Positions 48,218 through 58,351 are shown, counted from the stretch's first letter. The stretch is DNA of 64,000 bases from Bacillota bacterium (GCA_963666425.2 OY762825.2:608001-672000), one strand, 5' to 3'. Translations and numbers: made by a program. Notes: generated from the sequence alone by a model not told the origin.

Positions 48218-49777
48218 ATGGCAATCAAACGTGCCTTATTGAGCGTATCCGACAAAACCGGTTTAGTTGAGCTGGCTCAAGTCCTGCATACGCTGGGTGT
48301 AGAACTCGTTTCCACCGGTGGGACTGCCAAAGTACTGGCTGCTGCCGGTCTGCCGGTTCGCCCGATTGATGATCTCACCGGTTTTCCGGAAATGATGGAT
48401 GGCAGGGTCAAGACCTTGCATCCGCGCGTCCATGGCGGTCTTTTGAACCGCAGAGACAATCCTGCCGATCGTCAAGCCATGCAGGAAAACGGTATTGTCG
48501 ATATCGATCTGGTGGTTGTCAATCTTTATCCCTTCCTGCAGACGGTCAGCAAACCCGGAGTTACCTGGGCGGAAGCCATTGAAAATATCGATATCGGCGG
48601 ACCTTCCATGGTCCGCAGCGCGGCCAAAAACCACGCTTTCGTGACCATTGTGGTTGACCCTGCCGATTATGGCGCCCTGATCCTCGCTTTGCAGCAAAAC
48701 GGCGATACCACCGCAGAACAGCGCAAAGCGTATGCGCTGAAGGCTTTCCGTCATACGGCAGCCTATGACAGCGTTATTTCCAACTGGATCGGCAACACCT
48801 TGGGTGAAGGCGTGCTGTCTTTCCCCAGCGAAATGGCGTTTGCCGCCGAATATCAGCAGGCGCTGCGCTACGGTGAGAACCCGCATCAAAAAGCGGCTCT
48901 TTACCGGCAGCCGCTCTATCAGGGCGCCAGTATTCTGAAAGCAAAACAGTTACAGGGTAAGGAGCTGTCCTTTAATAATTTAAATGACAGCAATGCGGCT
49001 TTGGAGCTGATTCTGGAATTAAAAGCCGGACCGGCAGCCATTGCGCTGAAACATGCCACTCCCTGCGGTGCCGCTTATGGTCAAACACTCGCCGAGGCGT
49101 TTCAGCATTGTTATGATGCCGACCCGGTCTCCATCTTTGGCGGTATCGTTGCCTTAAACCAAACGGTCGATCAAGCGACGGCCAAACTGCTGGCCAAGGT
49201 TTTCCTGGAAGTGATCATCGCTCCTGATTTTGAACCGGCTGCCCTCCAAATTTTAGCCAAAAAGCCTAACTTACGCCTGCTCGTTTTGGGTGATGATTTC
49301 CAGAAACCCGCATCCGACGCGGAATATACCATGAAACAGATTCGTGGCGGTTATCTCTTCCAATCGGCTGATCAAATGCCGATCGATGCTTCCACCTGGC
49401 AGCTTGCCTGCGGGACTGCGCCGACCGCAGCGCAAATCGAAGACTTGAGTCTAGCCTGGACAGTAGTCAAACACACCCGTTCGAATGCCATTGTCGTGGT
49501 CAAAGACGGCATGACGCTGGGTATTGGCGGCGGACAGGTCAATCGGATTGATGCCGCCCGTCATGCGATAAAAATGGCAGGCAGCCGCTGTCAGGGAGCT
49601 GCTTTGGCTTCCGATGCTTTCTTCCCGTTTACCGATAGTATCGAAGCCGCCACAGCAGGCGGTATCGCCATTGTGATTGAACCGGCCGGCGCCCAGCATC
49701 AAGCTGAGGTGATCGAAGCAGCTGCCCAAGCCGGTATTACCGTGATGCTGGCCCCAGAGCGTCACTTCCGTCATTAA
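48218..49777 (+). CDS. purH: Bifunctional IMP cyclohydrolase / AICAR transformylase
   Basis: ALLSVSDK, STGGT, GRVKTLHP, IDIGG, RYGENPHQ, ASDAFFPF.D, RHFRH. Confidence 0.95.
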   Translation: MAIKRALLSVSDKTGLVELAQVLHTLGVELVSTGGTAKVLAAAGLPVRPIDDLTGFPEMMDGRVKTLHPRVHGGLLNRRDNPADRQAMQENGIVDIDLVVVNLYPFLQTVSKPGVTWAEAIENIDIGGPSMVRSAAKNHAFVTIVVDPADYGALILALQQNGDTTAEQRKAYALKAFRHTAAYDSVISNWIGNTLGEGVLSFPSEMAFAAEYQQALRYGENPHQKAALYRQPLYQGASILKAKQLQGKELSFNNLNDSNAALELILELKAGPAAIALKHATPCGAAYGQTLAEAFQHCYDADPVSIFGGIVALNQTVDQATAKLLAKVFLEVIIAPDFEPAALQILAKKPNLRLLVLGDDFQKPASDAEYTMKQIRGGYLFQSADQMPIDASTWQLACGTAPTAAQIEDLSLAWTVVKHTRSNAIVVVKDGMTLGIGGGQVNRIDAARHAIKMAGSRCQGAALASDAFFPFTDSIEAATAGGIAIVIEPAGAQHQAEVIEAAAQAGITVMLAPERHFRH

Positions 49778-49791
49778 AGGGAGATTCTATT

Positions 49792-51063
49792 ATGAAGATT
49801 TTAGTCATCGGGAGCGGCGGACGTGAGCATGCGCTGTGCTGGAAAATTGCGCAATCTCCCCTCTGCAGTAAACTCTACTGCGCACCGGGCAACGCCGGAA
49901 TTGCCCAGATTGCCGAACTGCTGCCTATCGCCGCCAGCGACGGTGCCGCGATCTGCAAAGCAGCGCTCGACTTGCAGATCGATCTGACCGTAATCGGACC
50001 GGATGACTGTCTGGCGGACGGTTTGACCGATCGCTTGCAGGCTGCCGGTCTGACGGTATTCGGTCCCAGCCAAGCTGCCGCCGAATTGGAGTGGTCCAAA
50101 GGCTTTGCCAAAAGCTTTATGCAGCGCCATCAGATCCCGACAGCCCGCTGGGCTGCGTTCGATCAGGAAGAGGCTGCCTTGACTTATCTGGAAAAATCCG
50201 AACTGCCGATCGTGATCAAAGCGGATGGCTTAGCCTTAGGTAAAGGCGTGATCATTGCGCAGGATTATTCGGAAGCGGTTTCTGCCGTGCATCAGATGAT
50301 GTCGGAAGATGTTTTCGGCAGCTCGGGACAGACCATTGTGATTGAAGAATTCCTGCATGGCCGGGAAATTTCGGTCTTAAGTTTTTGCGATGGCATCCAT
50401 GTGCGCTGTATGCTGCCTGCCGAAGACCATAAACAGGTTTTTGATCATGATCTCGGCCCCAATACGGGTGGCATGGGCGTCGTAGCGCCGCCTGACTTTG
50501 TTTCAGCTGCCTTGATGCAGCAAATCGAACGGCACCTCATGCAGCCGGTGCTCGACGGAATGGCTGCCGAAGGCAAACCGTTCTCTGGTATTCTTTTCGC
50601 CGGTATTATGCTGACGGAACAGGGTCCCAAAGTATTGGAATACAATGCTCGTTTCGGAGATCCGGAAACACAAAGCCTGATGCTGATGCTGCAGTCCGAC
50701 CTGGTGCCAATTTTGCTGGCCTGCTGCCGGCAGACGTTAGCAAAGACAGAGATTCGATGGTATCCCGGGGCTGCTGCCTGCGTGGTGCTGGCTTCCGGCG
50801 GCTATCCCGTGCATTATGAGAAAGGTTATCCCATCACAGGTTTGGATCAATTGCCCAGCGATTTGGTCGCTTTTCATGCCGGCACAAAAAAGCTGGATGG
50901 ACAATGGCTGACCAACGGTGGACGCGTCCTGGGTCTCAGCTCCCGTGGGCTTACTCTGAACGATGCTTTAGAAAAAGTTTATGCTGCCTGCGCTGTCGTG
51001 GATTTTGCCAAGAAACACTACCGCAAAGACATCGGCCGCAGGGATCAGGCTGAATCAGAATAA
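49792..51063 (+). CDS. purD: Phosphoribosylamine-glycine ligase
   Basis: GSGGREHAL, APGNAG, KADGLA.GKGV, GPNTGGMG, EYNARFGDPE, T.GGRVL. Confidence 0.97.
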   Translation: MKILVIGSGGREHALCWKIAQSPLCSKLYCAPGNAGIAQIAELLPIAASDGAAICKAALDLQIDLTVIGPDDCLADGLTDRLQAAGLTVFGPSQAAAELEWSKGFAKSFMQRHQIPTARWAAFDQEEAALTYLEKSELPIVIKADGLALGKGVIIAQDYSEAVSAVHQMMSEDVFGSSGQTIVIEEFLHGREISVLSFCDGIHVRCMLPAEDHKQVFDHDLGPNTGGMGVVAPPDFVSAALMQQIERHLMQPVLDGMAAEGKPFSGILFAGIMLTEQGPKVLEYNARFGDPETQSLMLMLQSDLVPILLACCRQTLAKTEIRWYPGAAACVVLASGGYPVHYEKGYPITGLDQLPSDLVAFHAGTKKLDGQWLTNGGRVLGLSSRGLTLNDALEKVYAACAVVDFAKKHYRKDIGRRDQAESE

Positions 51064-51069
51064 AATACG

Positions 51070-51109
51070 ACAGATGCTGACCTTTCATGGTTTGCATCTG
51101 TTTTATTTT
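51070..51109 (+). terminator. Terminator after purD
   Basis: ACAGATGC...GCATCTGT-TTTATTTT. Confidence 0.75.
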
Positions 51110-51130
51110 GCATATTTTCCGCTAAAAAAA

Positions 51131-51158
51131 GAAGGAAACTGATTTCAGCACATAGAAT
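51131..51158 (+). promoter_or_regulatory. sigmaH-type promoter for lemA-DUF2207
   Basis: GAAGGA-N18-GAAT. Confidence 0.65.
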
Positions 51159-51207
51159 AAGGTAAAGGATTCCATAGAATCGTTGAAATAAAAAGGAGGA
51201 CACTGTT

Positions 51208-51756
51208 ATGTTTTTCTATGTCATTGGCGCACTCGCTATCATAGCTATCTTGCTTTATATTGTTAACTATAACGGATTCATCTCTTTGCGCAACAAGTTG
51301 GATGAAGCCTATGCTACCATGGATGTCTACCTGAAAAAGCGTTATGACCTGATTCCCAATTTGGTCGAAACCGTCAAAGGGTATGCCGCTCATGAAAAAG
51401 ACACGCTGGAAAATGTGATCAAGGCCCGCAATATGGCATTGGCATCACAAGGTCCGGAACAAAAACAAGCCAATGAAACCGCTTTTGCCGGCAGTTTAAA
51501 ATCACTTTTTGCCTTATCCGAGAATTATCCGGAATTGAAAGCGGATGCCGGTTTCCGTCAATTATCCGATCAGCTGATGAATTTGGAGAACGAGATCTCT
51601 CAAGCCCGCAAATATTATAACGCGGTGGTTAAAACCTTTAACAGTCAAATCGCCATGTTCCCCGGCAATATTGTAGCCAACATGATGAATTTGACTCCCT
51701 ACGAGTATTTTATGGCAGAAAGCAGTGAACGCGAGAACGTCCAGGTTAAATTCTAA
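51208..51756 (+). CDS. lemA: LemA family protein
   Basis: N-terminal TM, YN, L.KRYDLIPNLVETVKGYAAHE, E.YPELKAD, R.YYN, FP.N. Confidence 0.95.
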   Translation: MFFYVIGALAIIAILLYIVNYNGFISLRNKLDEAYATMDVYLKKRYDLIPNLVETVKGYAAHEKDTLENVIKARNMALASQGPEQKQANETAFAGSLKSLFALSENYPELKADAGFRQLSDQLMNLENEISQARKYYNAVVKTFNSQIAMFPGNIVANMMNLTPYEYFMAESSERENVQVKF

Positions 51757-51841
51757 AGATACCAATCAAACGGCTGCTTCGAAATTTCCGGTCGGACCGG
51801 TTGTTTTGAGGCAGCTTTTCTTACAGAGAAAGGATCATCTG

Positions 51842-53728
51842 ATGAAGAAGCTACGGATCTTTTTGTTCACACTGCTCCTGACTTTTTTGCTTTGTCCTCT
51901 CGTTCTTGCGGAAGGTTTTGTGATTGATGCTTACCGGGTTGAGATGACTGTAGAGGATGACAATTCCTATCTGATCACGGAAACGATCGACACCAGTTTT
52001 ACAGAGCAGCTGCATGGTATCTATCGTACAATTTTAAATAAATCCAATCAGGGCTATCCGATTTCCCTGCTCGATGTCAAGCTATTGAGCGGACATCCGT
52101 TTATGGTGGTACAGAATGACAAGAACCAGACCATTCAGATCGGTGATGCCTCTCTTTGGGCTAAGACCAAAGAGCGCTATATCCTGAGCTATCGCTATCT
52201 GCTGGGGGACGATCATAACAAGAAAGCGGATGAGCTTTATTACAACCTGATTGGCAGCGGTTGGACTACCACAATCAGCAATGTCAGCTTTACGATCCGC
52301 ATGCCGCATGATTTTGATGCCAAGAACCTTAATTTCAAATACGCAAGCGGTGCGAATGAGGATGGTTCCAGAGTCAGCTATACGATTGCCGACAACCGGA
52401 TCAGCGGTACTCTGCAGGGCAGTTTAACTTCTTCTCAGCCACTGACGGTTCTGCTGACTTTGCCGGAAGGCTATTATGGCAGTATCCCGCTGCAGACCGA
52501 TTATACCGCTCTGATCGCCCGTTATGCTTTTCTGATTTATCCGATCCTGACATTGCTCGGAGCAATGGTCTGGCTGCGCTGGGGGCGTAATCGCCCGTTG
52601 ATTCCAACTGTCGAGTTTTCTCCGCCGGAGGGATTAAATTCAGCCGATGTCGGTTATCTTTACGATCACAGTGTCGACAACCAGGATATTCTCTCCTTAA
52701 TTCTCTTCTGGGCAGCGGGTAAAAAACTGCAGATTGAGGAGCACAGCACGGAAACGGAATTTGGCTCAAAGAATGAATTTACCTTCACCCGCCTGGCTGA
52801 TTTGACGGACACAGCGAAACCTTACGAGCAAGCCGTTTTCTTTGATCTTTTCCATCGCTTTGGCAACGGTGAACAGGTAACCGATCAGCAGCTGACCAAC
52901 GATTTTCATAAAACCGTGACGGCAGCCAAGCAGCAAGTCCAGGATGCTTTCCAAGCCAAAAAGGAGACCGCAGCTTATGATAAAAAAGGCGGCCTCTGCC
53001 AAACAATCCTGATTGCGCTGACCATGCTCTGCACGTTTTTTGTCTGTTCCCTCTTCAGCAGCAGCTTTACCGATGAGGGCAACCTGGCAATTTTTTTGGC
53101 AGCTTTTTTCATTACCTTGTTTGCAGCGTTGTTCTGTGTGGTTACCGCTCAGTTGACAGTCAGTTTTTTACAGCGCAGAAATCGGAAAATTATCATCCCG
53201 CTGGCTGTTCTTTACCCTGCCTTGTTGGCAGCGAGCGGTTTGGTATTGACCGCGCAGCCAGAAAAAATGCTGCCGCAGATTTTGGGCATGCTGTCCATTG
53301 CTGTCCTGGCGGGGCTTTCTGCTTTCAGCGACAAGCGAACCCCTTTGGGAGATGCTTATTTGGCGAAAATCCTCGGCTTCCGCAATTTCTTGATGTCGGC
53401 GGAAAAAGATCGGATCGAAACCCTGGTAGAGGAAAATCCCTCTTATTTTTATGATACGCTCCCCTACGCCATGGTGCTTGGCGTCACCAGCCAATGGGCA
53501 AAGCAATTTGAACACATCAGCCTGCAGCCCCCGAATTGGTATCAAAGCGAGTACAGCACAGTGAGTTTCAGCTCCCTGGCTTTTGTTGGTGCGCTCTCTA
53601 CCGGCATGATGCAGACAATTGGTTCGATGAGTGCTGCTCCCGGTGCTTTTGGCGGCTTTGGCAGTGGCGGTGCCGGCGGTGGTTCTGCCGGCGGCGGATC
53701 CGGCGGTGGCGGCGGCGGCGGTTGGTAA
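51842..53728 (+). CDS. DUF2207 family membrane protein
   Basis: Signal peptide, HGIYR, YYNLIG.GW, EF.PP.GL, internal TMs, GF.NFL..AEK, LPYA.VLGV...W, Gly-rich GGGGGGGW tail. ATG 51842. Confidence 0.88.
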   Translation: MKKLRIFLFTLLLTFLLCPLVLAEGFVIDAYRVEMTVEDDNSYLITETIDTSFTEQLHGIYRTILNKSNQGYPISLLDVKLLSGHPFMVVQNDKNQTIQIGDASLWAKTKERYILSYRYLLGDDHNKKADELYYNLIGSGWTTTISNVSFTIRMPHDFDAKNLNFKYASGANEDGSRVSYTIADNRISGTLQGSLTSSQPLTVLLTLPEGYYGSIPLQTDYTALIARYAFLIYPILTLLGAMVWLRWGRNRPLIPTVEFSPPEGLNSADVGYLYDHSVDNQDILSLILFWAAGKKLQIEEHSTETEFGSKNEFTFTRLADLTDTAKPYEQAVFFDLFHRFGNGEQVTDQQLTNDFHKTVTAAKQQVQDAFQAKKETAAYDKKGGLCQTILIALTMLCTFFVCSLFSSSFTDEGNLAIFLAAFFITLFAALFCVVTAQLTVSFLQRRNRKIIIPLAVLYPALLAASGLVLTAQPEKMLPQILGMLSIAVLAGLSAFSDKRTPLGDAYLAKILGFRNFLMSAEKDRIETLVEENPSYFYDTLPYAMVLGVTSQWAKQFEHISLQPPNWYQSEYSTVSFSSLAFVGALSTGMMQTIGSMSAAPGAFGGFGSGGAGGGSAGGGSGGGGGGGW

Positions 53729-53744
53729 ACAAAATTAACTGATA

Positions 53745-53780
53745 AAAAAGAAGCGGTCCGGCGACGGGCTGCTTCTTTTC
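53745..53780 (+). terminator. Terminator after DUF2207
   Basis: AAAAGAAGCGGTCCG-loop-CGGGCTGCTTCTTTT. Confidence 0.75.
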
Positions 53781-53797
53781 CGGTTGTTTTCTGCAAG

Positions 53798-53825
53798 GCA
53801 GGAGAAAGGAATCTGACAAACGAAT
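53798..53825 (+). promoter_or_regulatory. sigmaH-type promoter for HAD-trmH
   Basis: GCAGGA-N18-GAAT. Confidence 0.65.
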
Positions 53826-53855
53826 TGAGGATGTATAATTACTCTGCAAGAAAGT

Positions 53856-54689
53856 GTGATCAACATGCTGCCATCTCAGCCAATCCGTTTGGTTGCTATC
53901 GACCTGGATGATACGCTGCTGAACAAACAAAAACAAATCAGTGTCCGTAACCGCAACGCGCTGCAGCGTGCCAAAGACCAGGGCGTGGTCGTCACCTTGG
54001 TGACTGGCCGCATGTACGCCTCTGCATTGCCCTACGCCCGCAGTCTGCAGCTCGATCTGCCAATTGTCACCTATCAGGGCGGCTTGATCCGCAAATCGAT
54101 CAGTCAAGAAACTTTATTTGAATCTATCCTGGATCGCAATTTAACATGGGAAATTTGCCGCATTCTGGAGCAATTTCCCGGTGATTTGAGCCTGACCATT
54201 GACGATGAATTTTATGCAGACAGCGAAAATGAAACTGCCAAGCGTTATCGCGAACTGCATCACGTCAAGGTGCACATCATCGGCTGTTTGAGTGATTGGC
54301 TGCAAGGCCAGAACGCACCGAACATTTATAAAATTATCTATACCGATATGCCGGAGCGAATTCTGCAGGTGATGGAAGCATTGCGGCCTTACGCCAATCG
54401 CGCGAATTTGACCCGCAGCTACCCAGCTTTTCTGGAGATCGGTCCGCGCGGAATACACAAGGGATTTGCCATCCATTGGCTGGCACAGTATTTTAATATC
54501 CCGGAAGCTGCCATCTTAGTCATGGGTGACGGCGGCAATGATATTGACATGTTTGAAGCAGCCGGTTTTTCCGTCTGTATGGGTGACGGACAGCCGGAAG
54601 CCCGTGCCGCCGCTTCATATGTTGGCAAACCTTGCGAAGAAGATGGGGTAGCGGACGCCTTGGAACGTTTTGTGCTGCGGGAGGAATGA
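53856..54689 (+). CDS. Cof-type HAD-IIB hydrolase
   Basis: DLDDTLL, VTGR, LEI......KG, GDGGNDIDM. Confidence 0.9.
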   Translation: MINMLPSQPIRLVAIDLDDTLLNKQKQISVRNRNALQRAKDQGVVVTLVTGRMYASALPYARSLQLDLPIVTYQGGLIRKSISQETLFESILDRNLTWEICRILEQFPGDLSLTIDDEFYADSENETAKRYRELHHVKVHIIGCLSDWLQGQNAPNIYKIIYTDMPERILQVMEALRPYANRANLTRSYPAFLEIGPRGIHKGFAIHWLAQYFNIPEAAILVMGDGGNDIDMFEAAGFSVCMGDGQPEARAAASYVGKPCEEDGVADALERFVLREE

Positions 54690-54692
54690 AAA

Positions 54693-55418
54693 ATGGACTG
54701 GAAATTATATAAAAAGGAAGCGGAAACCTCTTATACCTTCGGCAGTTTTCCCACCTTAGAGCTGTTGCGGCAGCGTCCCGACACCGTGCGCCAACTTGTG
54801 CTGCATAGCAGTTTCAGCGAGCGTCCCGCTGCCGCGGAAATCAGTGCGCTCTGCCGACAGCATCAGATTCCCTTGCTGGTGCAGGATAAAATCTTCAAAC
54901 GCCTGAGTCCGAAAGAGAATTGTTTTGTCATCGCTGAATTCCAAAAACAGGAACAGCCGCTGCAAGCTGCGGCGCCGCATTTGGTTTTAGTCAACCCCAG
55001 CAATATGGGCAATTTGGGCAGCATCCTGCGCTCCGCCCTGGGATTTAACTTTCTCAATTTAGCCATCATCACACCGGCTGTCGATTTATTTGATCCCAAA
55101 GTGGTACGCGGCAGTATGGGAGCCCTATTTTCGCTGAACATCAGCCGCTATGACAGCTTTACAGCTTACCGCAGCGATTTTCCTCAGCACCTCTGCTTTC
55201 CTTTTATGCTGACCGCTGCGATGCCGCTGCAGCAATTCACCTGGCCGCCGGCAGCGCAGCCGGCTTTGATTTTTGGTAATGAAGCAACCGGTTTAGCTCC
55301 GGAATATAGTGCAGTCGGCAGCGCAATTGTCATCCCGCACAGCAAAGCGATCGATTCGCTCAATTTATCCGTTGCGGTTTCCATTGCACTCTATGCCGCC
55401 TCTCAGCAAAAAAAATAA
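54693..55418 (+). CDS. TrmH/SpoU family RNA methyltransferase
   Basis: GNLGSILRS, IFGNEATGL, DSLNLSVA SPOUT motifs. Confidence 0.9.
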   Translation: MDWKLYKKEAETSYTFGSFPTLELLRQRPDTVRQLVLHSSFSERPAAAEISALCRQHQIPLLVQDKIFKRLSPKENCFVIAEFQKQEQPLQAAAPHLVLVNPSNMGNLGSILRSALGFNFLNLAIITPAVDLFDPKVVRGSMGALFSLNISRYDSFTAYRSDFPQHLCFPFMLTAAMPLQQFTWPPAAQPALIFGNEATGLAPEYSAVGSAIVIPHSKAIDSLNLSVAVSIALYAASQQKK

Positions 55419-55420
55419 AC

Positions 55421-55478
55421 AACAGACGACTCAATCTCCCGAGCGCTGAACTCGTGAGAAGGTGCCGTCTGTTATTTT
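55421..55478. terminator. Long hairpin between convergent genes
   Basis: AACAGACG...CGTCTGTT with internal TCTC/GAGA pairing. Confidence 0.6.
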
Positions 55479-55499
55479 CATCCCACTAAAATCAATACG

Positions 55500-57401
55500 T
55501 TATCGCATTTTTCCGCCCATGGGAGCACCACCCATGGCGCCGCCTACGGTGCCAATGGTTGTCGCGATCTGACTCAGCTTGACTGTCTCAATTAAGGCCG
55601 CTTTGCTGATATCACCCGCTGCGTAGGAGCCACCCAGATCAGAACCGCTGACGCTGCCGTCGCTGTAGAGACTGTAGGTTTGTCCCTGTGCCAGCTCAGG
55701 TGTGGAAATCAATACCCATTGAAACGCTTTCGAGGGTACGAAACTAATCAGGACCTTGCCATTGGCATCCGTCAGTTGCACCGCCGTATTGGCAGCTTTC
55801 GTGCTGAAAGCCGCAGCCAAAGCGGGTTGGGTTGAAGTATCCGAAACATTCTGCGCCATACCGGAACTGCCCGCTGCCAGTAAGATCCCCCCATTGAGCT
55901 GGAAGCTGCCGTTATAATCCACAGCGCCGTTGCCATTATCGGTCGGACCATGCACAATTACCGTGCCGCCATTCATTTCTATGGAACCATTGGAATCTAA
56001 TCCGTCTCCCGCTGCATATACCACGACTTGCCCGCCATTGATCACCAGCATTTGATTGCTGTCTGCAGCAAACGTATTTTGTCCCGGACGATTGCCCAGA
56101 GAAGACGCATCATTGCCACCGGCAATATTGATGCCATCATCCTTAGCATTGACCAGAACCTCTCCGCCGTTGATGGTAATCTTGCTGCTTTCCAGACCTT
56201 CGTAGCTTTGAAGCAATTGCAAACTGCCGCCGTTGATCGTCAGTTCACTGTCAGCATGCACGCCGTCATCGCCGGAGGATAGAGTAAAGCTGCCGTCTTC
56301 GATTACAATTGCTGTATCGCAATGAATCGTGTCATCCGCTGTATCCAGCTGAAAAGTCCCACCGGAAATTTGGATTAATTTCGCTGCTTTCAAACCTTTG
56401 GCGCTGGCACTGTCCGCACTGACAACCGTTGCAGCCGGCGTCCCCCACCATTGATTCGGCATGTCACTGTTTATGCTCTGCTGATCACTGCTGTTGACGC
56501 TGCCGCCGCCGCTGACAATCTGAAACGTACCGGTGCTGATGGCAAGCCCGTTTGCAGACTGTACACCGTCACCGCCCGATGTGAGCATATAATCACCGCC
56601 GTCCAGATAGATATTTCCTTTAGCGGTATCGCTGTCATTGCTGGATTTCAAGCTGTCTCCCCCGGCATCGATGGTAAAACTGCCGGCCAGAATTGCCAGA
56701 GTATCTCTGCTGACGATACCATCATCAACAGAATTGATTGCATAAACACCGCCTGTGATCACGAGATCGTCTTTACACTTGATCGCACTGTCGTAATTCG
56801 CCGTAACGGTCAGTTTACCGCTGCCATTGAGGATTAAGTCATCCTGGCTGAACAGGCAGGCATCCGGTTCCTCTTCTCCAGCTGCGAGCGTATAAACCGT
56901 GCCGTCACTGAGCGTATTTTCTGTTCCGTCTGCCAAGGTAACAATCGTGTTTTTCGATTGTTTGACCACGATCGCCGCGCCGCTCTCATTGTGAATCGTT
57001 ACACCATTCAAGACAAGCCAGACATTGCCGCTGTCACCGGCATCGACAGTCACAGAACCATTGCTTAAGCTGCCCTGCAGCAGATAGGTGCCAGGCTCAT
57101 GGATGGTGATTGCGCTGCCCAGCACCGTTACGGCACTGTTGGTTTTACTCACACTCACCGTGTCTTGCTTGAACTCTATGGTGATGCTGCTTTCCTGCTG
57201 CCAATTGGTATTCATCGCGGTGTCATCATAATTGTCGTAACCAACATCCGTTGAACCGCCGGTGACCGACGCGTCACTGCCGGTGGCTCCACTCACCGCT
57301 GGTGTGTTTACTGTCTTATTACAACCGCTCAATAAAGCCAGCAGCAGCAGCAGCGCCATGGCAGCTGCCAGATGTTTCTTCCCTTTGCTTAGAATTTGCA
57401 T
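55500..57401 (-). CDS. Carbohydrate-binding beta-helix lipoprotein (DUF4353/Cthe_2159-like)
   Basis: Lipobox LLSG|C; PGTY.L.G.L.NG, repeated DDG(I/V)H/N, GDGLDSNG, GSSGMAQ. Confidence 0.85.
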   Translation of the reverse strand: MQILSKGKKHLAAAMALLLLLALLSGCNKTVNTPAVSGATGSDASVTGGSTDVGYDNYDDTAMNTNWQQESSITIEFKQDTVSVSKTNSAVTVLGSAITIHEPGTYLLQGSLSNGSVTVDAGDSGNVWLVLNGVTIHNESGAAIVVKQSKNTIVTLADGTENTLSDGTVYTLAAGEEEPDACLFSQDDLILNGSGKLTVTANYDSAIKCKDDLVITGGVYAINSVDDGIVSRDTLAILAGSFTIDAGGDSLKSSNDSDTAKGNIYLDGGDYMLTSGGDGVQSANGLAISTGTFQIVSGGGSVNSSDQQSINSDMPNQWWGTPAATVVSADSASAKGLKAAKLIQISGGTFQLDTADDTIHCDTAIVIEDGSFTLSSGDDGVHADSELTINGGSLQLLQSYEGLESSKITINGGEVLVNAKDDGINIAGGNDASSLGNRPGQNTFAADSNQMLVINGGQVVVYAAGDGLDSNGSIEMNGGTVIVHGPTDNGNGAVDYNGSFQLNGGILLAAGSSGMAQNVSDTSTQPALAAAFSTKAANTAVQLTDANGKVLISFVPSKAFQWVLISTPELAQGQTYSLYSDGSVSGSDLGGSYAAGDISKAALIETVKLSQIATTIGTVGGAMGGAPMGGKMR

Positions 57402-57494
57402 TGCTTTTCGTAGCCTCCCCATTCAACTTGGTTGAAACTGGTGCTCAACCTTGCTCACAGTATAGGCTGCAAAGCTTAAAATCAACTGAAGTAT

Positions 57495-57556
57495 AAAAAA
57501 CTCCCTTTCCCTGGCAACAGCGATTTCATCTGTTGTTTTAGGAAAAGGAGTTTTCG
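57495..57556 (-). terminator. Terminator after the nucleotidyltransferase gene
   Basis: AAAACTCCCTTTCC...AACAG...CTGTT...GGAAAAGGAGTTTT. Confidence 0.7.
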
Positions 57557-57561
57557 TTTTT

Positions 57562-58320
57562 CTAGAGACACTGGTTACGGATAAACCGATAAAATTCTTG
57601 ATTCGCTGCCGCTGTAACGGCGGGCGGCAATTCACTGCAGAGCAGGTCGGCCCAGGTATATACCGCTTTCGCACCGTCGCAAAGGCGGTTCGGTGTTAAG
57701 GAAGCAAGTGTATTGCGCAATAAATCAGCGCGTTCTTCCTGCAGTAAGGGCAGCAATCGCTTGCAGCCCAATTGAGCTTTTTCTGGCTGAAGCAAAAAGC
57801 GCTGCAATTTAGCCAGATAGCCAAAAGCATGATGAAAATAGCGGGTTGCCAACAACCAATCCTGTCTTTGTCTGGCGGTATTCCACTCCATCATGATAAA
57901 GCTGAATTCATTGATCAACACTGCCGCCTCCTGCGCCGAGATTGCCAGAGGTAATTCATGATAATCGGCAAGCAACCCTTGCGGGTCATAGAGTACTTCA
58001 ATACAATCCGTTGTCGGCAGGCTCGTTGCAGTGACCGTATAGAGATCAAAGTGCAGGCCATTGTCGAACACAGCAACGATTTGCGGAGCAACGAAATTTT
58101 CCTCCGACCAATAAAGTAAGGAGCGATAAGCTCTTAAATAATCCAATCGTTTTGCTAAAAAAGCAGTGTGATTCTCCGGCTTTACTAAAACATAAAAATC
58201 AACATCCGACCATTGATCGGATTCTGCTCTGGCCAACGACCCCTTCAGGAAGATCGCTTCCGCCAGTGCATCGTTCAGTATTTTTTCTTTCACGATCTCC
58301 ACTGCAGCACGCTGCATCAT
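57562..58320 (-). CDS. Pol-beta-like nucleotidyltransferase (aminoglycoside/lincosamide NTase-like fold)
   Basis: IFLKGSLAR..SD.WSDVDF (GS..DxD), third Asp in LHFDLY, helical C-domain. ATG 58320. Confidence 0.75.
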   Translation of the reverse strand: MMQRAAVEIVKEKILNDALAEAIFLKGSLARAESDQWSDVDFYVLVKPENHTAFLAKRLDYLRAYRSLLYWSEENFVAPQIVAVFDNGLHFDLYTVTATSLPTTDCIEVLYDPQGLLADYHELPLAISAQEAAVLINEFSFIMMEWNTARQRQDWLLATRYFHHAFGYLAKLQRFLLQPEKAQLGCKRLLPLLQEERADLLRNTLASLTPNRLCDGAKAVYTWADLLCSELPPAVTAAANQEFYRFIRNQCL

Positions 58321-58351
58321 CTTGAGTTTCCCTCTTTCTGATTGCCTTAAT

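Noticed and set aside
51164-51188. Second sigmaH-type promoter before lemA
   Set aside because: AGGA-to-GAA spacing is 15 nt, outside the 17-18 seen elsewhere.
53640-53728. GGC/GGT-rich repeats here and at 58355-58425
   Set aside because: They encode the Gly-rich DUF2207 tails and are not independent DNA repeats.
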